Origin: Camelus ferus
Lineage: Eukaryota
Assembly: GCF_009834535.1 (NCBI RefSeq)
Contig: NC_045697.1
Coordinates: 15,254,001-15,318,000 of the forward strand
Direction of reading: 5' to 3'
Length of the DNA stretch: 64,000 nt
Under the pieces are notes generated by a model. That model was not told the DNA's origin. It was given only the letters and a program-made list of their open reading frames with translations, and ran no database searches. Positions 26,138 to 37,530 of the stretch are shown one piece after another; the first letter of the stretch is position 1; each line of letters begins with the position of its first letter. The translations under genes and the position numbers were made by a program.

Positions 26138-28264
26138 AAAAGTGAATAGATATGCCATTCCAGGCTCATTTCTGGGACCAGTGCAATCCATCTACATTTT
26201 GCCAGTCACAAGTTATGCAGACACAAGGAATTTTCAGAAAGTCTAATGCAGTGGAATAACAAACACCTGTACAGCAAACAAGGGCACTGATGAGTCAAAA
26301 GATACCTCATATTAAACCAGGTACTCTGAAGCAAAATATTTTTTTATTTGTAAAAAACTCACAAATGACTTACAAGAGCAGAACATCTTCACAGTAATAT
26401 CCCAACTCTAAATAGATGCCACTGCAGAATGCCAGGAATCACGACCCAATTTATGCTTCGGTTTTGTTTTCCCTCCACTTATGAAATGAAAACCAGATGT
26501 TGGAACAGTGTTTGATAACATTTTTTTGGCATCTTTGTTGTGTTGTTAATAGTGCGTTGTTTCAACAGCAGGGCTCTTTACTTATAAAACTGCTAGATTT
26601 CAAGAAGTACATCAATTTCCACCAAAGAGTAAAATGCATAAAATTAGAATTTTTTTGAGGTTTTTCTTTGAATCTCTACGACATTCAAATCACTTCATTT
26701 TTCTTCCCCTAATTTCTAATTTTTTCCTTAGATAAAGTCATTACACACAAGAAAGGGTTCATAGCAAAGCAATCCAACATTTGCGTGTTCCTTGTGTATG
26801 GGCTGCGCCAACAGGAGGCACTGAAGAAATAATCACTGAATTTAACAGATTAGTTATTCTGAGACTAGATCATTTTCTCCAGCCAAAGATAAGACCATAA
26901 GATTTTATGTGGTCTAGTTGTTAAAATGCAGTTAAAGCTAACAACTCTTCATTGAATCTATAAAGCTATATTCGTGTAAGCCTTTTTTATAGGCCAACAT
27001 ATAGTGCTGCAGTGGATTACAACTGAAATGAGTTTTTAATGCTGCTGTGTGCATATTAAGTGCTGCCTTTATTTCCTGTTTTAGGGTCCTGGTTAGCATT
27101 ATTCATAGCCTGAAAAGAATCTATTCTAGTACATCCTACACTTTTATTATATATATGTCTGGAAGAATTTGTCAACTAGGTGACAATTTGAATTAATTAA
27201 AAAAAAACAATGAAACAAATGAAAAGCCACTTATTAATTTAACTTCTTGGAAACTTGTCTAGATTTTTTTTTCTTAGAAACGTAATTTAATTAAGCGTAG
27301 TTCATCAGCTCCCAGCTATCTTAAAAACAAAAAGCATCACAAAAATAATAGGTACATCATTTGTGACTGTGACTGAAGAAAAACAGAAATGACAAAGAAG
27401 TAACTGAGTAATAATACCAGGACAATATAAAATTTTCCATTTTCAACAGATCGTGTCATCAAAGACATAATGCAGAGAACTGTAGAATGTTCAACAGTGA
27501 ACATTAAAAATTCATATTCTGATTAGTGTTATTTTATCGCTTATACATAATTTAAATAAAAGTTTGGTACTGCCCTGTTATTTGACATTAAGGTATTAGC
27601 ACTTCCAACCGAGGTTATTTTGGGTGTTTTTTATTTTCAAAGAAAGCCTTCATTTTTTTCTTTCATACAGTGTAGGGCTGAAATCCTTCTACAACTTAGT
27701 AAAGAGAATATGCTGAGTTAGATGTCTAGATAGTTTAGTGCTCAAACCTCCTCCCTAAATGCTGTTCCTTGAAGTCATCTGCAGGTCTGACAATGCTCCC
27801 TGCAGAGCTGTTCTCCATCCTCCACGGCTTATTTTAGCAGCTGCCTCTCACTGCTGCCCTCTAACCCATGTTTGCTTTTCTCTCTTCTTCCCCTGACATT
27901 CTCCCCTTGTTTTCCATGCAAGGGTCTTTTCCATCAACTATGGGACCACAACAATTCTGAACTAGAAAAGGAGGTAGAGAATTTAGTGGAACATCTTTGA
28001 TATACACATCTTGCTAGACTTAATGGGCCCTGACTTTTTCCTCTTTCTTTCCTCTCTTTGGTAATAGGATGACCTTGAGTGAGCAAAGACCTAGGGAGAT
28101 GAGGTCACTTTCAGTCAAATTGGGACAGACAACTGATTTCAACATATATTTCTTCTGTCTTGGTATGTGGTAAGGAGAGAGCATAAACCCTCAAATGGCA
28201 GTTGGAGTACAGATATGACAGTGCAACGAACAGAGTTGCCCCTAGAACAATTCCATCAGCACAG

Positions 28265-28492
28265 TGCATGATGAAAGCACGAACCACTACGAGGTTCCCT
28301 TTCTAAATTCAAACCCCAGCTCTGCCATTGTTAGCTGTGTAACCAGGGCAACCTCTCTGTCTCAGTATTAGGAATGATAATAATCCTATTTCATAGGATT
28401 GCTGTGGGAATTAAATAAGTTCATACATGTAAGACACTTAAAATAGGGCCTCGCATAACATAAATGCTCAAATGTTAAATTATTATTACTGT
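28265..28492 (+). mobile_element. MIR SINE relic
   Basis: 'ttcaaaccccagctctgccattgttagctgtgtaacc...cataggattgctgtgggaattaaataag...aaatgctcaaatgtta'. Confidence 0.82.
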
Positions 28493-28621
28493 CTTTCGGA
28501 TTCCATCAGTGAGAGTCTTGATAGTGATATAGTCATGATAGTGAGAATCTAAGAAAAAAGTGATCACACTGAATTTCTCATGATCACAAAGGTCTAGGCC
28601 ACCAACTAGAAAGTGGCACAT

Positions 28622-29366
28622 TATGAAAAACAATATGAAAGTTTGTTGGAAAGTTAAAATTAGATCTGCTATATGATCCCCAACTCCAATTATTAATATA
28701 TTCCCAAAGGAAATGAAAACAGGATGTTGAAGAGATAGAAGCACTTCCATGTTGCATTATTCACAATAACCAAGATATGGAAACAGCTTTAGTACCCATT
28801 AATGGATGAATGAACAAAAAGATGTGGTGTGCATACACACACACACACACACACACACACAATGGACTATTATTCTGTTATTCAGCCATGAGAGAGAAGA
28901 ACATCCTGTCATCTGGGCCAACATGAATGGACCTTGAAGACATTATGAAAAGTGAGGCATGATATCACTTTTATGTCAAATCTAAAAAAGCCTAACTCAT
29001 AAATAAAGATAGACAGTAGAATGGTGGTTACCAGGGGCTGGAGAGTGGAAGGATAGGAGAGATGTGGTTTAAAGGTACAAAGTTGCAATGAGTAGTAAAT
29101 AAGTCCTACAGATCTAATGCACAGTATACTAAAATATATAATATTGTATTATAATCATCAAATTTGCCAAGACACTAGATCTTAATTATTCTAACCATGA
29201 AAAAGAAATGATAATTATGTGACATGACAGAGGAGCTAATTATCACTACAATGGCAATCATATCATAATATACAAATGTGTCAAATCACCATGTTGCACA
29301 ACTTAAATTGAAACGATATTATATGTCAAATATATTTCAATAAAAAAAGAGTAAGGCAACAAAAAA
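28622..29366 (+). mobile_element. LINE-1 3' portion (L1MA9-like) with TSD
   Basis: ORF2 C-terminal relic ('ctatatgatcccc', 'cacaataaccaagatatggaaac'), 3' UTR and A tail. 14-bp TSD AGAAAGTGGC(A/C)CAT (28608-28621, 29367-29380). Internal (CA)n near 28835-28860. Confidence 0.88.
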
Positions 29367-29779
29367 AGAAAGTGGCCCATAACATCGGCCCTCAGATCGG
29401 GAGTGGGAAAAGACCCTCCCCTTGTCCTCCTCCAACTGGTTGTCACCCCACAACATTCAATAAAGCTCAGATCAACTGATGGATTGATTGGTATTCCCTA
29501 TTTTTCTATCAAAGTGCACTATGCTTAATAATACATTCTGCGGTGCCTTCTCTGAATCACCGAGGCATCCTTAGAGAAATGGTCAAAAGGAGGATCGGGA
29601 GGAAAGCTGTCCAGTCTGCACTGGTGAAGCTTTGCCAACTCCACCAATAATCCAGGGCTCTATGTGTCTTCAAACAAGTCTGTTCTAATCTATGTTAAGC
29701 CCTTTCCACAGATGGCCTCATTTCCTCCTTATAATTCTCCTACCCAACAAAGTCTATAACTTTCTCCATTTTACATACA

Positions 29780-30330
29780 AGCATTTACTATTTGCCTACC
29801 ATTTAAAACCACAGTTAGAAATGATCCAGATACCATCACTACCCTCCTAGAATTTACACTGTTGTGGAGAGGATAGACAATTACTCCATTAACACAACAA
29901 TTTATTTACAACTGTGATGCATACTTGAAGGAACAGTGCAAGGTGCTATGAGTTATATCTCAGGGGATCTGGTTCGAGGGATCCAGACAAGAATAAGTAT
30001 ATGCAAACATACAGATGTAGCTGGGGTTTGGGGAGGGGGGGAGTCCAAAAAAAACAGCTTGTGCTTGCTGTGAACCTGGAGTAGGAGGTAGCAAGTCTCA
30101 TTCTAGGATATGAAAGAGGACCTGGCTTGCTGGAAGACAAAGAGAGAGAAAGAAGAGAATGACAGAGGTTAATGTGAATGAAGCCGGCTGGGGCTGAGCA
30201 ATGCAGGGCCTCTTGATCATGTAAAATGTTTTAAACTTGGTTCATAGAATAATGGAGAACCACTTAATTATTTTAATCATGGAATGGCATGCTCATATTT
30301 GTTTACAACCTGTCTGTAGTAGATAGATTG
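29780..30330 (-). mobile_element. L2 LINE relic
   Basis: 'accctcctagaatttacact...gaggatagacaa...tgcagggcctctt...aatggagaaccactta' is the reverse L2 3' region pattern. Confidence 0.6.
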
Positions 30331-30377
30331 AACCCTGACTCTCTCTCTTGCATTTAACTCTTCAGCATCTCTTTTTT

Positions 30378-30679
30378 AAGAAAATTTTAAAAGTATAGTT
30401 GACCCACAATGTTAGTTTCAGATGTACAGCAAAGTGATTCAGTTATACATACACATATATGTATATATTGTTTTCAGATTCTTTTCCATTATATGTCATT
30501 ACAAGAAATTGAACATAGTTCCCCGTGCTATACGTATAGGTCCTTGTTGTTTATCTATTAACCCCCAGCGCCTAATTGATCCCTCCCCTCCCTTTCCCCT
30601 TTGGTAACCATAGTTTGTTTTCTATGTCTGTGAGTCTGTTTTTGGCATGTAAATAGAATTTGAATCTTTGTTTTTTTCC
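30378..30679 (-). mobile_element. LINE-1 3' UTR fragment
   Basis: 'gtacagcaaagtgattcagttatacat...atagttccccgtgctatac...cctttggtaaccatagtttgttttctatgtctgtgagtctgtt', flanked by a long direct repeat (see findings). Confidence 0.92.
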
Positions 30680-30706
30680 CATTTAACTCTTCAGCATCTC
30701 TTTTTT

Positions 30707-31003
30707 TAAAATGTATTTTTATTGAAGTACAGTCAGTTTATAATGTTGTGTCAGTTTCTGGTGTACAGTACAATACTTCAGTCACATAGGAACATACATA
30801 TATTCGTTTTCATATTCTTTTTAACCATAAGTTGCTACAAGATATTGAATAGTTCCCTGTGCTATACAGTATAAACCGGTTGTTCATCTACTTTATATGT
30901 AGTAGTTAGTATCTACAAATCTCAAACTCCCAATTTATCCCTTCCCATCCCCTTTCCACCTGGTAACCATAAGTTTGTAGTCTATATCTCTGAGCCTGTT
31001 TCT
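30707..31003 (-). mobile_element. LINE-1 3' UTR fragment (camelid type)
   Basis: 'attgaagtacagtcagtttataatgttgtgtcagtttctggtgtacag...caaatctcaaactcccaatttatccc' is the reverse complement of the L1 tails at about 36300-36540 and 43830-44075. Confidence 0.93.
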
Positions 31004-31820
31004 GCCACATTTCTTATGTGATATTTTCATATAAAGCTTTACATAAAAGATTTTTTAAATCTATGACTTACTTTTAAAATAGTGGCGCAATATGCCTTTT
31101 AACCACATTTCATTTTTAAGAGGATATTTACAATCCTCAAGAAAAGTCAGTAAAGGTGTTGACTGTAGAAATAGGGATTTGGGAATAAGAAGATAATTCT
31201 TTCCTTTTGCCAACATTCTAGTATTTCAGGATTTTGATAAGACAGCAAAAGAATAGCATACCTTTAAAAACCAGGTTCTAATTTACATACCAATTTAATT
31301 GGCCATAAGATCTTCAACTTCACTTTCTTCTAGCCCAAGTGTCAGAGTTTTATCCTTGCTCTAAAAATCCTCAAAGAGTAAATAGACTCAAATAACACAA
31401 AGAAGTTCCTGAAACTTTATCCTAGTCATAATTCAGTGTTATTTTAACTCATTTATAAATAAGTTCTAGGCAACATGCTGTAGTGTGAAATATGAAAATA
31501 AAAAAGACACATTTTCTGTCTTTTAGAGTTTGGAGGGCAAGAAATTTTTTTTAAAAGAAAAAAACAAAAAAAGAGGAATTATGAAAATTTCTTATAATGG
31601 AAAATATGTAGCTCTTCTAATAATCAAGTTAAAACACTCAGAACATTGATGAGACTAGGAACATGAAGTTCATAGTTATTCTGTCCCATAAACTAAAAAC
31701 AGAAGTATTTAAACCAAATTTGATCATTAATCCTTTGATTGTTTTTCTAATAACAATAGTTTTTTTTAAATGGTGGGAAAAATATGAAGCTGATATTTGA
31801 AATGCAAAAATGTGTAAGTT

Positions 31821-33777
31821 GTGGCCAAGATGGTGCAGTAAGAAGACTCTGAGCTCACATCCTCCCACAGGCACAACAAAATTACAAATATTTACAGAGA
31901 ACAACTTACAATGACTACCTGATGACGAGCATAAAATATTTTATATAACTAAACATATAAAGAAGGAACCACAATGAGATGGTGAGGACGGGTGGAGACA
32001 TGGTGTAGTCAAGACCCACAGCCTTGGGTAAGCAATCCACAAACAGAAGGATAATCATAACTGTAGATACATATATATATACATACATAAATTATTACAT
32101 GTAACTTATATATATAAATTATTCCATCCAAAAGTGGCAGACTACATATTCTTTTCAAATGCACATGCAGTATTATCCAGGATAGATCACGTGCTAGGCC
32201 AAAACAAATCTTAGTAAATTTAAGAAGACTGAAATGATATCAAGCGTAATGTCCAACCACAACTCTGTGAGACTAGAAATCAACTACAAGAAAAATACTT
32301 CAAAAAACACAAACTGGTGGAGGCTAAACAACATGCCACTAAACAACTTTTGGGTCACTGAGTAAATCAAGGATGAAATAAAAAATACTGGAAACAAGTG
32401 AAAATGGAAACACAACATTCCAAAATCAGTGGGATGCAGCAAAAGCATTTCTGAGAGGGAAGTTTACAGCAAAAGAAGCCTACCTCAGAAAGCAAACAAA
32501 CAAAACCTCAAATAACCTTACACCTAAGTGAATTAGAAGAAGAAAAAACAAAATATAAACTTAATAGAAAGAAATAATAGATGAAAACAGAGATAAATGA
32601 AATAGAGACTCAACAACAGAAAAGATCAATGCACTCCCTATCAAAATACCAACGGTGTTTTTTACAAAACTAGAACAAATACTTCTAAAATCTGTATGGA
32701 AACACAATGGAATCTGAATAGCCAAAATAATCTTGAAAAAGAACAAAGTTGGAGGTATAACGCTCCCTGATTTCAAACTATACTACCAAGCTAGTCATCA
32801 AAACGGTATTTACTGGAACAAAAACAGGCACACTGCATCAGCGGAACAAAATAGAGAGCCCAGAAATTAACCCAAACATTTTTGGTCAATTAATCAATGA
32901 CGAAGGAGGTAAAAGTATACAATACTGCCTCTTCAGTAAACGGTGCTGGGGAGACGGACAGCTATGTGTAAAACCATCTTACTGAACTACTTTCTCACAC
33001 CACATACAGAAATAAACCTAAAATGGATTAAGGGCTTAAATATAAAACCTGAAACCATAAGAGTCCTAGAAGAAAACGTAGGCAGTAGGTTCTTTGACAT
33101 CAGTCTTAGCAACATTTTTGTATATGTCTCCTCAGGCAAGGGCAAGAAAAGCAAAGCTGGAAAAAAATGGGATTACATAAAACAAAACACATTCTGCACA
33201 CAGAAGGAAACTATCAACAAAACAAAAAGACAGCCTACTCAATGGGAGAAGGCATTTGCAAACAATATATTCATAAAGGGTTAATATCCAAAATAACAAA
33301 GAACTCATACAACTCAACATCAATAAAACAAACAATCCAGTTAAAAAAATGTGCAGAGAACCTGAGTAGACACTTTTCCAAAGACATACAGATGGACAAC
33401 AGACTCGTGAAAAGATGCTCAACACCACAGACCACCAGGGAAATGCAAATCAAAACCACACTGAGATACCACCACACACCGCTCAGAATGGCTATCATCA
33501 GAAAGTCAACAAATAACAAATGTTAGCAAGGATGTGTACTGCTCTGTCGGTGGGAACGTAAATTGGTACAGTTAACATGGAAAACAGTATGGCGGCCCCT
33601 CAAAAAAATTATAAATGGAACTACCATATGATCCAGCAAGTCCACTTCTGGGTTTTTATCCAAAGAAAACAAAAACACTAATTTGAAAAGATATCACTGC
33701 AGCGATATTTACAATAGCCAAGATATAAAAGCACCCTAAGTGCCCAGTGATAAAGGAATGGGTAAAGAAGATGTGGC

Positions 33778-33812
<35 letters not shown>

Positions 33813-34317
33813 ATGGAGTGTTACTCAGCCACAAAAATAATGAACTCTTGCCATCTGTGACAACATGGGTGGATCTAGAGGTTATTACACAAAGTGAAAT
33901 GTCAAATACCACATGATCTCAATTATATGTGTATATGTGGAATCTGAAAAACAAAAGAAACAAAACAAAATAAAACCAGCTTCACAGAGAACAAACAAGT
34001 GGTTGCCAAGGGTTGGGGGGAGTTGGGGAGTGAGGGTGTAGGGGGTTGCTGGGTGGAGGATGACAGGAAGGGGGTAGAGGGTGAAATAGGTGTAGCGGAT
34101 TCAGAAATGCAAACTTTCTGTTAAATAATAAGTCTCAGAGATGTAATATGTAGCATAAGAAATATGGTTAATAATATTATAGTAACTTTGTGTGGGAACA
34201 GATGGCTACTAGACTTATCAGGGTGATCATTTCGTAATGTGGGCAAATATCAAATGATTATGTAGTACGTGTGAAACTAACATAACCCTGTCCATCAACA
34301 ACTTCAATCAAAAATTT
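31821..34317 (+). mobile_element. Internally deleted LINE-1: 5' UTR start, ORF2 pieces, 3' UTR
   Basis: Begins 'ggccaagatggtgcagtaagaagactctgagctcac' (L1 5' end with YY1-type AAGATGG), contains ORF2 relics and a complete 3' UTR with G-rich tract and A tail. Possible degenerate TSD 31806-31820 / 34318-34332 (11/15 identity). Confidence 0.9.
32122..33930 (+). pseudogene. Disrupted L1 ORF2 (end of endonuclease domain plus C-terminal part; RT domain missing)
   Basis: Translates FHPKVADYIFFSNAHAVLSRIDHVLG and EMISSVMSNHNSVRLEI (endonuclease end), then LTPHTEINLKWIKGLNIKPETI, KETINKTKRQPTQWEK and [19 protein letters not shown] (C-terminal ORF2p). Multiple frameshifts and stops. Confidence 0.92.
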
Positions 34318-34959
34318 AAAAATCAGTCATTTCTATCGTTTCTGAAAATTTGGGTTCAGAATTTTAGCACTAAGGGAATTTGCAGATGAATCATCAAGAT
34401 AAGTCAGAATGAAAAATAAACAGAAAAATCTGAGGCACCTCAATTGTAAAGGAAAAAAAGGGGGCAATAGTATTAATAGTAGAAAAGCAGAGTGTCCTGG
34501 CTAAGGCCGGTGTAAACCCATGGATAGGGCAGAGCCAGCGTGGTGGGCGGATTCGCTCCTGAATGAGGAGCCCTCGCCTCTGCCCTCACTTTAGCCAAGT
34601 AAGAGGCCTTCTCTCCCAACTTCAGTAAAGGACAAAGCAAGACCAATCCACGGAGCTGGAGTGGATTCGGCCCCTGGGGCTGGAATTGCCATAGCCTTTG
34701 TGAGGAGAGTCACACAGGCCATCAAGGGACTGAGCACTTAGGAATCCTGCACATTTGGCTCACTCAGTGCATTTTATTGTTTATAAGTCAACTCCACACT
34801 TTTGTCTAACTGGATTTCCTGTATTCTACACGTATAATAACTGCATCCTAAGCTTAGATTTCTGATGTAAAGTTTAGTCCCAGAAATACTGAAAACACGG
34901 TTACTGCTACTAGCCAGAATCCGTACCTTTCTCGTATTCCAATATTGCCCTTCTCAGTA

Positions 34960-35350
34960 AAACCATACATTTTTTCTCTGTTGTGTTTCTGTTTTATATG
35001 TTCTCTACCGAAAACACTTCTGATCAGTTAGTATGTGTTTCATGTTCAGATCCACTTAAAAATACTGTATGTTCTGAGCACCATTTTAAAAGCCTGCATA
35101 AATGTCATTTTAATGCCTGCATCACAGTCCATCTTATGAGTGTTCCACGATTAAGTAGCTTATTTCTCCAGTGGTCAACATTTAGATGATGTCTACACTT
35201 TTGCTATAAATAATACTAGGATGAGGATCATTTCCCTTAAATTTTCATCTACACTTTACGCTGCTTTTAAGGTAGAATCCCACAAGAGAGATTCAAAGAT
35301 TAGGAATACTTTCAACATTATTGAGATATATGACCAAGTGCTTTCACCGG
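34960..35350 (-). mobile_element. Ancient L1ME-type relic
   Basis: 'cattttaatgcctgcat...gtccat...tggtcaacatttagatgatgtctacacttttgctataaataatactaggatgaggatc'. Confidence 0.6.
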
Positions 35351-35665
35351 AAGTTGTAAAAGTTTTCAGTTGGAAACTGCATACGATAAAAATGTTACTT
35401 AAATTGCTTGGGATAAATTTAACATACAGTGTGCTCTTTACCGTTAGGACACCTGGCAGGGCTGTGGGAGTGGGTCTAGCTGGGAGAGAACTATTCATCA
35501 CTGCCGCTTTCTAGTACTGCACGAGCACGGTGATAATAAAAAGCAAATCCACTTTTAGTTGGTTTTATCATTGTCATTAAACTCTACGGACAATGCACTG
35601 CCTACTTATGCCTACAACTGAGGCATGCCACTGCTCTGAATTATGTACATTTAAATACATAAAGA

Positions 35666-35811
35666 GGAGGGTATATAGCTCAGTGGTAGAGCACGTGCCT
35701 AGCATGCACGAGGTACTGGGTTCAATCCCCAGGACCTCCATTAAAATAAATAAATTAAATAAAAACCTAACTACCTCCCCCCACCAAAAAAAATTGATTT
35801 TAAAAAATAAA
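35666..35811 (+). mobile_element. tRNA(Ala)-derived SINE, camelid Vic-1-like
   Basis: A box TAGCTCAGTGG (35676-35686), B box GGTTCAATCCC (35719-35729), AGC anticodon-like arm, A-rich tail with 'cctaactacctccccc', and a 14-bp TSD TAAATACATAAAGA (35652-35665, 35812-35825). Confidence 0.9.
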
Positions 35812-36204
35812 TAAATACATAAAGAAAGAGGAATATATAAACTTTCTGACATGGGCAATATACAGGTTATTTACTCAACAGTGTTTATGGTACCCTTGTC
35901 ACATGCCCACACCATTTAGGTACTAGAGACAGGATGCTGAACAAGAAAGGGTCCATGCTCTCAGTGGTAAAGTGAGGGCTGATACGATGGGTGATTGTTT
36001 ATTCTCTTCTGTATACTTACAGTGCCCAAATATGCAAAAATGAACAAATTGCTTTTATTATAAGAACAATGATAAATGTGTTTATTGCTAGAAGTTAAAA
36101 CTGGTAAAATGAAACCTAGTGATACTCATGCTTTAATTTGCAAATCTGATCCAGTACTGTCTCAAAAAAACTCTGTTTTCAAAAAGAGTTCATTGAAAAA
36201 CCCA

Positions 36205-36543
36205 GATCTAAAAAAAAAAAAAAAAAAAAAGACAAATGAACTTTTTTACAAAACAGAAACAGACTCACAGACAGAAAATAACCTTATAGTTACCGGGCGG
36301 GAAGGGGGTGGGAAGAGATAAATTGGAAGCTCGAGATTTACATATACTAAGTAACATATATAAAATATATAAATACGTTTATTCTATATAGTACAGGATA
36401 CTATATTCAATATCTTGTAGTGACCTATAATGAAAAAGAATATGAAAACAAATATATGTATGCATATGTATGACTGAACTATTATGCTGTACACCAGAAA
36501 TTGACACAACATTGTAAACTGACTATACTTCAATTTAAAAAAA
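36205..36543 (+). mobile_element. LINE-1 3' UTR fragment
   Basis: From 'atctaaaa...gacaaatgaactt...acagaaacagactcacagac' to 'cacaacattgtaaactgactatacttcaatttaaaa'. Confidence 0.94.
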
Positions 36544-37044
36544 GAGAGAGGATATTAAAGAGCTCAAAGAGAGAGGATATTAAAAAAAAACAAACTGAAG
36601 AATGTGGGTTGACAAATCGTGGGAAGTTTCTATGTTCAAAATATGCCCCCCTATTCTCTTTTCCCTCACCCTTTCCCTGAGCCCACTGATCTGCCCAAAG
36701 ACTTACCCAAAAGTCTCATGGAAGTCTCAGATACAGCTAACCACTGTTACTTTACAAACTCAATAGACCCATAACTACAAAAGGCTTTGGGGAACATTAC
36801 AATTTGTGTCTGAGTCATTGCTAAGTCACCAAATTTATTACTTGAACCTATACCTTGAAATGCTTGGAGAACATGTGCTTTTACAGGAGCCTGGGCAATG
36901 TGAATTATCTGGGAAATTTAAGCAAAGAAGGAAGGAATGAGCAGACACAATGAAAGCTCAGGTGGTGTCATTTAAGACCTGTGGCTGCAGCTTTAGGAAC
37001 ACAGGGTACCTCCCTAGTCATACGCAGGTTGCCACCAGCCACTT

Positions 37045-37530
37045 ACTCATTCACAAAATCACAATGTTTGTCAGTGCACTTAGCTAATAACAGAGTAATA
37101 TATGGATATGTGGAACTAAATTAAGAAGACAAAGCTTTGCCCTCATGGTCCTTATAGTTAAATAAAGTTTAATAAAACAAGGAAACAAAATAAAATTACA
37201 TATCTTCAAATTTGCTATAATATAAGAGAACAGAGTAGCCTGAGAAAGAAGGAAAAGGATCCCCTATTTAAGGTGGGATGGGCACAGAAAGCCTCTTTGG
37301 GAAGGTGAGGTTCCATCTGAATTCCAGAAAACAGGGAGCCAGACCTCATGAGGTAAAAGGAAGAGACTTCTGGTCAAAGAAACGGCAAATAGGAGGCCAT
37401 TAAGCAGGACTGGAAGAACGTGAAGCCCCGGGAGACCAGTTGGCTGAAACGAAGTGAACAAGGAGGACAATGTTAGAGGACAAAATTGGAAAAGTGGGCA
37501 GGGACCAAGTTATCAAGTAGAGAGCTATGA
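37045..37530 (-). mobile_element. L2 LINE relic
   Basis: 'gacaaagctttgccctcatgg...cctatttaaggtgggatgggcacagaaagcctctttgggaaggtga...gagaccagttggctgaa'. Confidence 0.7.

Noticed and set aside
35666..35740. Bona fide tRNA-Ala gene
   Set aside because: Followed by a SINE-type A-rich tail and flanked by a 14-bp TSD, so it is a retroposed SINE.
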